DNA of 64,000 nt from positions 496,001-560,000 of the forward strand of contig NC_042997.1 in assembly GCF_006345805.1 (NCBI RefSeq). The letters run 5' to 3'. The DNA comes from Octopus sinensis (lineage: Eukaryota). Positions within the stretch are counted from its first letter, which is position 1. Every line of letters begins with the position of its first letter. A program made the position numbers and the translations under genes. Shown in pieces: positions 51,004 to 62,741 of this stretch. The notes beneath the pieces are model-generated. The model was not told the DNA's origin and did no database searches. It saw only the letters and a program-made list of their open reading frames with translations.

Positions 51004-51452
51004 ATATATATACATATATATGCACATGTATTTAATAGTATATCCATATTTCACTATTTTTCTTCCATATATGCGTTTGTATTTGCTGGCAATTAGCGAA
51101 ACATACTTTGCACTAGGTTGTTGTTTGTCTCAGCCTTCTTCAATACGTTGAAAACTCTACTTCAAAACTTTGCTTTATAAATCCAATGTTTTATTAGTTT
51201 AATATCAAAGCTCGAAGAGAACAACAATGAAAGACAATACATTTTGAAATTGATGTACACAATAATCTTTTCGTTCCAGGTATTTTTCTTCTTTCCATTT
51301 TCAACGAATTTTTGACTGTTCGTCATCGTTCTTTAGAAGAGAATCAATGGATTTTAGTTTCAAATAAAATTCGAAATGTCTTGCTGAAAAAGTCTTGTTA
51401 TGTATAAGTGCATATATAATATACATACATACACATTTATATATAATGTATA

Positions 51453-51500
<48 letters not shown>

Positions 51501-53172
51501 GTACAAAAGCACATGTATAGCCATATCTATGTATATGCATGGATGTGTGTTCACCTGATATGCATGTGCTTGTATGCATGTGCGTCGATGAGTGTGGATT
51601 TGTGTATTATGTCTTTCAAAAGCTATTGATCTTCTCTCTATGCTTTCTATAGTGTTGTTATTTAATAGCAAATCTATGTGCATGACAGAAATACTGACTT
51701 TCTTTCAACTCGCACAATGAACCCCTATATCATAATGAGAAAGAAAACAAGATCTTATGACATTCATTCTCATTCTCAGAGCATCATATATAATGTGCAT
51801 TGTCTATAGTTGAAGTTTGTAATTTGCGTGCTCTTTGGATCTAGCGGAAGTTTGCTATGAGATATAGGCAGGGTACCAGCTCAGAGCGAGAAATAATATC
51901 TTACAGTTCCACAAAACCATCTATATATTACAAAAATGAATAGTCTTTTTAACCAGTTCTTATGTGTATTTGTTTTTGATGTTATTGACGTAGATAGAAT
52001 AAAACGTAGAGTAGATGACGTAATTTGGGATGCTGCAATAAATGCCATAAATTAAATCCGTGCATCATTTAGTACGGATAGTTTTAATTCACTTAACGCG
52101 GTGGGGGTGGATTAAAGAAAAACTCTAACTAGAAATTATTATACGCTTAGGAAAATCAATATTACTCTATGAGGGATATTATTTTCTTTGTTGCTGGTGG
52201 TGGTGATGATAGTGGAGAAAGGATGAGAGACAACGTCGTACCCGTTCATTATCGATTTTCTTAAACATCTCCATGCCAAGCTACTTAATTATACTTTCGT
52301 CATTATTTTGACAATCTGGTCAACACTATGTCACACTGATGATAAGATTGGAACATATCCGGTGTATTCTGCAGTCCTTACTGCAGAGAGAACAGAATAA
52401 TAATCGTTATCCTTATTGCTTTCTTTACACTACATATTTATTTCAAGTAAGATTTTTAAAATTTTGGATTGTTAAGTATGTGAATATTAATATATTTGTT
52501 CCGTGCGAATGTTGTCTACGATATTAGTTATTCCAAACAATCTACTTTTCAAAATCATTCACTATAAATGTCTTGTGCATTCACTGTTTCTTATATCACT
52601 ATTTCGTGAGTGTAGGTTAAGCATTGTGTGGTGTTTAGCATTGTAGAAAAGATAAAATTCTTAAATATTGCTGAGAGTGAAAAAATCTTCCCTATGTATA
52701 TGGAGCCCAACCCATCAATTGGATGCAATATTTAAAATGGCAATAATGGTGGTGTTAAATTGAGTGCCTTGAATTCCTTTTGGTATAGGCATTTATGAAG
52801 AATGAATTAATCTAATCGTTGGCTCGAATCGTCGCAGATGTGTTCGTTCAGTTTTTTGAAAATTTCTTGGATTAATAGTTCCAAAGATCGGTCTTGTGCC
52901 CTGTTAATTTCCAAATTAAACTATTCTCCTCATTTTCGATCTTGAATGAAACATCTTAATATAACTACGTAGCTTTCCTAATAGAATGAACTTGCAGTAT
53001 TGTCTAAAGTTTATTATTCAATTTTGTTTTTCAAAGTAAATTTTAACTGACTATTCACGTGCAGAACTAGGAAAAACTGTACGTAGTTTTTTCTTATTCA
53101 GAGATCCTTCCATGGAATGTAGATATTAGAAAACACCAGCGGCTAATTCGTAGAAATATTTATACAGTCGTC

Positions 53173-53305
53173 AGGGCAGCGAACCGGCAGAATCGTTAGC
53201 GCACCGGACAAAATGCAATACGGCATTTCGTTCGTCTTTACATTCTGAGTTCAAATTCCGCCAAAGTCAACTTTACCTTTCATCCATTCGGGCTTGATAA
53301 AATAA
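53173..53305 (+). mobile_element. SINE family A, 3'-truncated
   Basis: GGCAGAATCGTTAGC...TTCTGAGTTCAAATTCCGCC. Confidence 0.85.
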
Positions 53306-53481
53306 ATAATTTTCCTGGCAGCCTCGGTAGACAGTACTTGGTAGTTGTCGCCCTTTAAACAATTTTCTCCGTGCCTGTCTTCCATCTCTGTTTCACTGTA
53401 TTTTTTTTATAGGAAGTATCTGAGCTTGCAATTTTATTGAACAAAATAACAAAATTAAATTATTACCGCTTATTTATGGAT

Positions 53482-53557
<76 letters not shown>

Positions 53558-53590
53558 GGAGAGGAAAATTACAATATGGCAGAATGTATA

Positions 53591-53645
<55 letters not shown>

Positions 53646-56404
53646 GATGTTCTGTTATGTTATGTATGTGTGCATGCCTGCGTATTCAATAACGCGTGCT
53701 TTGTTTTCAACTCCGTTGATACAATTCTTCAAAACCATATCTTAGGTAATTTTCATCATATATGTTGGTGGATGAAATTCAGCTGCTATTTAATGTTTAT
53801 ATATGTGTATTTTTGAAGGATTCAGCAACTAACTACTTCTAGAGTCTATGTAGAAGAAAATTCGAGAATAGAATTCTTGGTTAATTTGGCGTTAATGACA
53901 CTTTTCCTTCGTGAAACCTAAAAATATTGTGTGGTAACTTCATTTATAATTCTTTACTGCAGTGTCGTAATCTAGAGAATATAACTCAACCAAAGCTGAT
54001 TCGTGAGAATAACTACACGCTGCTGCAATTAGCATCTTCATTTCAGTCCTGATAGACAGCAGCGAAAGTGTTTGTGTCTCTTCTATAATTTTGTTTTCAT
54101 TCTCTCTCCTCTCAGATTTGTTTGTTAAACAGTAACGTCTAAAAATGACATCCTAAAGACGCATTCATATACCTTTGAAGTCTTACTGCAATATATGAAT
54201 TTTATTTTTTCCCTCTTAACTTTTTCTTTCGATCAAGTAAATGTATGGAAATAGTTATTCCTACCAACACCATCCTATCTGCTTTCAGTATGTCTGGGAA
54301 TATATTGTCGAAAGCATCATTATTATTTCAGATTTTTATGCGCGATTTTTGGGACATTTACCTGTTATTTGTAGCAGGCAGTGCACCGGCTTACAAGTTC
54401 CCTGTCTGACCTGATATACATACTTACGTGTCTAGACACACATATTCACACACACATACACACACATATATACATACATATATATATATATATGCATGCA
54501 TACACGTGCGCATGCGTACATACACACATATATATATTTATATACACACGTTTGTGTGTGTGTGTGTGTGCGTGTGTGTGTAGGTGAGTACAGTGAAAAT
54601 GATAAATGGAATTCAGTATTCAGTTTTTATTCTCAAATGCATTTCAATTTATGTTATTAATGCTTACAACACAATGCGAAAATATTTTCTCTGCCATCCT
54701 CCTAAACAAGAAAGCGTTCTACTTAAAAGTGAGAACCAATATATTACTGAGAAATTTAAGGTTTTCTTCTATCAGCTTCAAATTATTTGATTTTCTTCCA
54801 TTCGAGGAGTGTGTAAGCGAACAGTTATATTTATCAGGCAACAACTAAGAAAAATGACTAACGTTAGTTATTTTAACAGAGAAAGATAAATACAAACGTA
54901 TCATTTGAAGTGTTACTAACGAACTGATGGCTGAAGAAAAAAAATAATGTGACTTCCCTACATGTGGTACTGAAAGTATCTTCTTCAGTACATACATACA
55001 TACGTACATATGTAAGTGTGTATATATATGTATGTGTGTGTATGTATATGTTTATGTGCATATAGAGATATAGATATATGTGTGTATCTTTTCATATATA
55101 GATATTTATATACATATGTATACACACACATATGTGTATAGGAATATGTATAGCTGTGTGAATGTGTGCCTGTGTATGTGTGTATGGTTATGAAAATCAC
55201 ACTATGAATGCGATATTTTCAAATTAGGAAGATGTATTGAAGAAAATTGTTTAACTTTATCTCTTGAGAATTTGATGAGACATCCGAGGGAGAGAAAAAA
55301 AAACTTTGATTATCTGGTGAGAAAGTGAAAAATGTACAAAGCGAAAATATCAAATACAATAAAATTAAATTAAATAAAATATAGCAAGACGAAAAGAAAA
55401 GAAACAAAGTAAAGAGAGTCACTGATGAAAATGAAGATATAATTGTAAGCACAAATGCTGCTTCTGCCTGGGAGGCTGGTTTAGAAAATAAATATTTAAG
55501 CACGAAACTATTAGATTGGAAGTATTCGATGATGATGATGACGGCGTTACTAGTTGAATGGTTGCATTTTTTTTAAGGTAAGAAAATAACGGCGTCAACA
55601 CAAACAACAACAATTAATGACACGGACAGAGACAAAAAGATTTAATAATGTAGGGAATGTAACAGAAAGATATAAAAGACAAAGTAGAACCGTGAGTCAC
55701 TTTGAGAAAGTAGCACCAAGAGAAATTGGGGAAAAAAACAGAAAGCTATTAAATGAGACTGTCAAAATCTAGACAATTTCATTCGGGAAGAAACATAAAA
55801 GAGAGCGAGTGGGGACAAAAAATAAAGAAAGAAAGAAATGAAGCATTTGAATATTTTAGTCAAAATATATATGAAATTAGATACTAAAAAGTTGTATTGG
55901 TTATATATTTAATAAAGATACGTAACACAATGATAACAGGGAGGTTTCAGAGTTTCAAGTGACTACCAATCCTTTACGAAAAGATTAGTCACTAAATACA
56001 CACTATGTACGGAATGATATATTAAGATTCTATACAGATGTCTGATACGCTAAAGCTGAAATACGTCGTTTAAATTTTTCAAACTGCGATGCGTAAAAGA
56101 AAAATAAATAAGATATCTACCCAGTATATGAATTTTCACTTTTGTCAATCTGCATTCATATTTACGCGCAGAATTGGCTGAAATAAAGTAGCAATGTAAA
56201 TGGCACAGTTCCAGCTTCTTGGGAGGACAAGGATGTTCTACTGAAAACCGTTTTCGAAACATGACTACAATAGATTAACCATATATAATTTTGACTACGC
56301 ACACATATTGTTAGAAAATTCTGATGTTCAGGGACAGATGTTCGTAGAGAAAAGGTAGTCTTATTTGTCGTATGAAGAAGTGAGATGTAACTATGCATAA
56401 TGCT

Positions 56405-56446
<42 letters not shown>

Positions 56447-57751
56447 TATATATATAATATATATATATATATACAGGCAGGAGCTTTTGGTAAAATAGAC
56501 ATGTTTTGTTTATAATTAATGGAATTCAGAGTATCACTGCTTCAGACGGGATATAGATAGCCAAAAATGTGTGCAAGAAATTTATAAAAAATATTGCTTT
56601 TCATAGTGCACACTAACTTTAGATCACCTGCTGGTATATCTATAAGTAAACTAGACTGTGTGTCGGTTTTACTTTCCAACAAGAATTTTTATTTTATGTT
56701 GATATTATATATGAGTAACACAAGACAAAAAAACAAATCAAAACATATACCTCACGTTTTTTTTTTGCTACTCCATTATTTGAGCCATAACGCACAGTAA
56801 ATATATTAAAGAACTTCACCTAGAGTTTCACCACCAAACTTATGATTTATTATAAGGTAGCGTGGTATGTTACTCATTTCATACAGCATGATGGCTTGCA
56901 ACATTAATATTTTCATACAAATCAGATATCTGTAACTAATATTGTAGTCACTGAATCGGTAGTTTTTGATTAGACACATAGATTGTGAAATAATTTTTGA
57001 AAGAATAATGCCTGCAATGATATTAGCGGTGTAATTTCGTATGACTGCGTCATAGTCTCTGCACTCCGGAGCTGTCTTGATTTACGCCACCGAATATATA
57101 AATATATATACGTTTACCTTATTAGATCTACCGCAATTATGAAACAATACCGTCGTTACCACTTTCCCAACAGTTCCATTATAGTTTTGCTTCAGTTATA
57201 AAAGAGTGAATGACAAACGAGTGTCTGTATTGCTCAAAAATACCTGAATGGACTTCATAACATGTTCGGTCGTATTTTGCTTTCCCAGCAATGTTTATAT
57301 TCTTAGCCCATATGCTTCATGAAAAGATAGACACACATACACAAATATACACCGACACTCACACCTGCACATACAATCATGCAGATTTAACAAGCAGCTA
57401 CACATTCTTGAAAATGACTTGAGACTGTGTACTGAAACTGAGATAATTACAGCACCGAGAAGTCTTATACGGTTAAGTATGCATGAGATTTATGTGCGCT
57501 GTTATCCTCCTAAACTATAGTTTACTATGAATTAGTTGAAAATATTGTCGCACTTCAGCGTTGTGTTGATAAAACTGTACAAGCAAGGAAATAGGGAAGA
57601 TTCCTGTTGAACGAAATGGAGCAATCATATTTTACATTTAATGATAAGAAATAAAAGGAAATATGTGTAAGCATTTTGCTGAAATTACTTTCATTGCTAT
57701 AACTCTTTCTCTCTCCCCATCTCTCGTTTATATACACGCGCACATAATATG

Positions 57752-58233
57752 AATACATATACACACAAAAAGTAATATAATAGCCATGCGCAATGTGTTT
57801 CCATAAAGGAAAAATATAATTGTCACTAAATGCGACTAAGGGTCTCAAGACACTTATATTGCTAGAAATAAGAGCTAAAATGCTCTAATGCTGTATTAAA
57901 AGCACATAATTGTATACTTATATGGTCACAGCGGTTGCAAACGCCCAAAAACACCGACTCGGGAATTCCCTATACTGAACGGTGTTTCGGCTATTTCCAT
58001 AGCCTCTTCAGTAAGGATCGTTCATTCTGCTATTTCCGGGCTTATCTAGAGTCATTTATGTATGATTTAGCGAATCGCTAATACATATACAAAAAATAAT
58101 TTAAACAGCCATGCTCAATGTGTTACCACAAAGGAAAAATATAGTTGTCACTAAATACTAGAAATAAGTGCATTTAGCTCTTATTTCTAGCAATGTAGGT
58201 GCCTTAAAAACTTTAGTCAAATTTAGTGACAAT
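57752..58233 (-). mobile_element. Retrozyme-like element: ~328-bp unit with hammerhead, partial direct repeat and inverted partial copy
   Basis: Direct repeat 57752-57831 vs 58080-58156; inverted repeat 57819-57879 vs 58173-58233; HHR between them. Confidence 0.65.
57940..58022 (-). ncRNA. Type I hammerhead ribozyme, complete core
   Basis: CTGAAGA; stem II GGCTAT-GGAA-ATAGCC; GAAA; stem III CACCG/CGGTG; GUU site; interrupted stem I AACGATCCTTA/TTTGGGCGTT. Confidence 0.8.
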
Positions 58234-58337
58234 CATATATATATATATGTGTGTGTGTGTGTATGTATGTATAATAAAATAATATATAAACATATGCATA
58301 TATACATACATAAATGCACATACCTACATAACAATAT

Positions 58338-58533
58338 GTATATATACTTGCATATATGGGTGCAGGACATAAAAAAAACGTGGACAGAATGAGAAACGAG
58401 AACATAAAAAACAAAAACATAGAAAATGAACATATTTCGAACAACGAAAAGATCAAATAGAGAGAGAAACGAGACATGCAATATAAAGAACATTCCCTTC
58501 ATCAGTTGTCCCCTGTATTTTTTTCTACTCCGC
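58338..58533 (-). mobile_element. Short dispersed repeat H3 (copy 2), contains CTGATGA at 58499-58505
   Basis: Colinear with 49389-49570. Confidence 0.7.
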
Positions 58534-58763
58534 ACACATGTGCACGAACGAGTGTGTTAGTGTGGTGTGTGTAGTTCTGCGTGTGTGTGTGTATATGTGT
58601 GCGGGTGTGTACTAATATGTGCTCATGTATGTTATCGTTGGTCAACCGCATTAGTTCATCATTGCTAGTGACGTGTTACCTTGATCCTTTTGCGTACAAA
58701 GACACAAACTCGTGAACAAAGACACAAACTCGTGAACACACACACACACACACACCGTCCGCA

Positions 58764-58805
<42 letters not shown>

Positions 58806-59379
58806 AACACACACGCGCGCACGTACCTTAATTACTCTTACAATTGCGAATACTAAAAACGTGCTTTCGGTATGTGAAACAGACACAGATTATATTTATT
58901 TGTAGATCATTAATAATTCACTTACCTGCTACACGGAGTTAAAGGTGAAATACACGCTTAGGAATTAGGAGCATGAATAATCGGAAGTAAGATGCTGGAT
59001 CTAAACGTTGCAGTTTCCTGGGCTTCATTGGTTAGTAAACATTTGTTGTTAGGCTTGATTGTACTTCATGTCATTCGTTATGGAACCTTTGACTAATTGG
59101 TGTCGGTTTTAGGCGATTGAGCAGATAACACTGACGTTGAATGTTGCTTGCGACCGAAAAAAAGAAAATACTTGGTTAAAATTTGGAAAATACTGTTTTT
59201 CAATTGCAAGTTTATGCAATGAAAAAGATTTTCAATACCCATTTTCAGTGTCCAACAAAACATTATTTTACAAACCACTTACCTGTTCTCAGAATGATTC
59301 TGAGATTTTCTCTCACTTCATATAAGGCCGTAAGTAGTTTTTATTAAGCTCTAAATTTTCTCCAGTAAAGGAAACTGAT

Positions 59380-59634
59380 GTGGAGGCGCGTGGATTAGTG
59401 GTTAGGGTGTCTGCACCTTGATCGTAAGATTGTGGTTTCGATTCCTGGACCGGGCGATGCGTTGTGTTCTTGAGCAAAACACTTCATTTCGCGTTACTCC
59501 AGTTTATTCAGCTGGCAAAAAGAAGTAACTCTGCGATGGACTGGCGTCCCGTCCAGCTAGGGAACACATACGCCATAGAAACCGGGAAACCGGGCCCATG
59601 AGCCTGGATAGGCTTTAAAAAGGGCTCATTTATT
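59380..59634 (+). mobile_element. tRNA-derived SINE family D, full length
   Basis: A box GGATTAGTGG, B box GTTTCGATTCC, body TTGTGTTCTTGAGCAAAACACT...CTGCGATGGACTGGCGTCCCGTCCAG. Confidence 0.88.
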
Positions 59635-59700
59635 GTGGAGGCGCAATGGCCCAGTAGTTACGGCAGCTGACCTGCGGTCGGAGGATCGCGGTTTCGGCTT
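59635..59700 (+). mobile_element. SINE family B head fused to the family D copy; the composite is flanked by one 13-bp TSD
   Basis: GTGGAGGCGCAATGGCCCAGTAGTTA..GGATCGCGGTTTCG; AAAGGAAACTGAT at 59367-59379 and 59720-59732. Confidence 0.8.
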
Positions 59701-61514
59701 GAAAAGGGTGACGAGTGAGAAAGGAAACTGATATTTAATTATTTTTTCATGGAGGAAAATTGTAGCTCGTGATCTATCGTTGGTGTCACTGATCATTTTG
59801 CAGTAGCTTGGTGGATGCGTTTTGTGGTTACATCGCGAAAAAGGGAGTTTACTGTATTATTCGTCCGGAGATACAATTTCTTATGTACGTGTTCTGTTTA
59901 AAAATAATATACTTCCTAAAACTAATTTGCTTGATGCACTGAATTACTTTATTATTCAGTTAAAGTGTAAGTGATTGAATATTCCACTGACATGTGTTGC
60001 ATAAAAGTAACTATCAGACAGAAACATTGCGACGCAATGTGTATGAGTAGGTTGCACTTTGAATTACAGGTGAAGTCTAGCCGTTGTCCTTTTACATTTG
60101 ATCTGTGAAACGAGGTACATTTTTAAGGCTTGATCAGCCCGAGGAAACACCGCGTTATATGAATTTATTTGTTCATTAGATAACACACACTGTACTCGAT
60201 TATGCGATTTGGGATTGTGAAACGAACTTCTCCAACCAGATAATGTAGTCTAGATACTCTTCTGATAAAAGGAAGAGGACGTCATTAGTCGGAACACATT
60301 CGGTAATATGTCTGCTGATTATAGTTCTAGCAAAAACAACAATTCGTTAATCTCGACTGCAGTTGAAATCGGAATGTAAAAACAGCATAACCATAACAAA
60401 TCCGTTCATTTATCTTTTCTCTGCCATCTAGTTACCTTGGTTATTTTAGCGCATTAATGCATTTCAGAATTTGTTTTAATAGTTAATAGATTTTTGCTAT
60501 AATATTAAAACACCCACAAACATTAGCAATAATTTTGGCAAAGAGCAACCGTTCAACTGTTTCGATTAAATAAAAGATTAAATATTTATAAAAACAGAAA
60601 CAAAAAATGTTTCCGCACCTCAGACACATTTGCTGGTCATGTTATTCTAGCATGACTTTAAGTGATATTGGTATTGTCTCGACTGAAAAAACAAAATGCT
60701 GTATATTTCTATTGGAGGGCAAATAATAAACGACGGCATTCATTTATGATTTGTTTTTTCACCCACTCAGATTTAGTTGCATTATTAAAGCAACTTAAAT
60801 TGTCTAAGAACTGAAATTGAGATATAGTGACGATTTATCAGAAGAAACTAACCCTTTCGCAATCGTTCAGGCTGCTATTTCATTATTTCTTGTTTGGATC
60901 ATGATCAGTGATTTCCAGTCGATTTAATCGATTTCAGTATATATATATGTATTTCTTATATTATCATTAATGCTAGCGGGGTAAATAGAAATCTCAGAAA
61001 ATTCCCGCGAGTTGTTCAAGCTGTCAGTCTCTTAATTTATTATGAGAAGTAAATTTTCGAAATGCATAGTCGTGCGTATATTTATTCATTTAGACTATAC
61101 TCATATTTCGAGGTATTGTAAGTAAGTTAGAAATTATCTTGGTTTTCTCCTTGTTTCTGCGATCTGGCTGTTTTGTCCGTGTTCTACTCAAAGGGAAGTA
61201 ATAATTCTAATGGAAAAATATCTATATATATATAGAGGGAAAAGAAGAATGGGATCAAAGAAAGAAACTGAAATAGTAGAATAGGTGAAACAAATAGAAA
61301 GAGGAAAAACAAGAGAAAGAAAGAGAGAGAGAGAGAAGGGGAGAAGGTCTATATTATTCTGTAATTGTGTGTTCATTTCGCAGGCTCAATGAAAATGTTT
61401 GACAAGATAAAGCAATGTCATAAAGATCCATAAATTTATGCATTAAAAGATGTACTGATAGATTGTTTCATTAAATTGGCATAGACTTAGTAAGGATATA
61501 GCTGTGTATGTTAA

Positions 61515-61572
61515 ACTTTTATCTTTTATGTGGTCCAGACAAAAGGCTCTGGCCATGACGGAGCACCGCCAT
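61515..61572 (-). mobile_element. SINE family C, 3' remnant
   Basis: GGCCATGACGGAGCACCGCC plus TTTTATCTTTTA tail-like sequence. Confidence 0.45.
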
Positions 61573-61941
61573 TACTGTTTCTTTTGTTAGAAGATTTAAA
61601 TGCTTATCGGTATTATGATAGACAGATACGTACATCAGCAAACAGGAAAGTAGATATGATAGTTAATTAGACAGACACCTGGAGAGATACAGAGATAGAT
61701 GAGTAGGTAGATAAATATTTAGATAGATAGATAGATAGATAGATAGATTGGTGGATATATAGATAGATGGATACGTAAGTGAGTTTAACGATACAACAAT
61801 AGATATGCTGAGAAAAAGATATATTAATTAATAAAGCATGTGGTTGCTGAACTGAAATGAAATTAAAAGATATGAACATCTGTATTTGTAAATAGCTTTG
61901 ACTATGCGTTGGTAGCCGTTGGTTAGCGTAAAGTGTAGTGC

Positions 61942-61978
<37 letters not shown>

Positions 61979-62299
61979 AGTGTTTGTGTGTGTGTGTATG
62001 TGCGTGTGTGCGTGCGTGTGTGTCTATGAAAAGGATTAATCTTTTGATTCCTCTTTTATACTCTTAAACTGTAAAGCACATCATATCTGTCATATTAAAA
62101 GAAGGTAAGTAAACAATACCTTCTAAGGTCATCTCGATTCTATTTAAAACTATAGTAAAATCGCAGGACTTCAACAGAAATTTTTTTTTGAAATTCTTTG
62201 CTTGTTTCCTGTACTAACATAATATTTGAAATATACTGACACCATTGAATTTCCACGGGTTCCGCTAATGGCTATTGTTGTTGATTTTGTTACGATATG

Positions 62300-62395
62300 A
62301 GATGAATTCCCGCCGTGGCCGACTTTGCTTTCGTCATTTCGGGGATAGATACAATAAGTACCAGGTGAGTAATGGTGTCGGTGAAAACGACAAAT
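62300..62395 (+). mobile_element. SINE family A, degenerate fragment
   Basis: GAATTCCCGCCGTGGCCGACTTTGCTTTC...TAAGTACCAG. Confidence 0.6.
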
Positions 62396-62423
62396 TTCAG
62401 GCCATGTTACTATATTGGAAAGG

Positions 62424-62472
<49 letters not shown>

Positions 62473-62486
62473 GTAGTAGTAGTATC

Positions 62487-62690
62487 AAGGTGGTGGAATC
62501 TTTAGCACGCTGGACGAAATGCATAGCGGTATTTCGCCCGTCGTTACGTTCTCAGTTCAAATTCCGCCGACGTCGACTTTGCCTTCCATCATTTTGAGGT
62601 CGATAAAATAAGTACCAGTTGAACACTAGGGTCGATGTAATCGACTCATCCTCACCTCCCACATGCTGTTCCTGTGGGAAAAATTTGAAA
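62487..62690 (+). mobile_element. SINE family A copy between (ATT)n and (AAT)n arrays
   Basis: TTAGCACGCTGGACGAAATGC...GTTCAAATTCCGCCG...GGGTCGATGTAATCGAC. Confidence 0.88.
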
Positions 62691-62692
62691 TG

Positions 62693-62737
<45 letters not shown>

Positions 62738-62741
62738 TTAG

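Noticed and set aside
57961-57970. GGGAATTCCC as an NF-kB site
   Set aside because: It lies in loop III of the hammerhead within a repeat unit; no independent regulatory evidence
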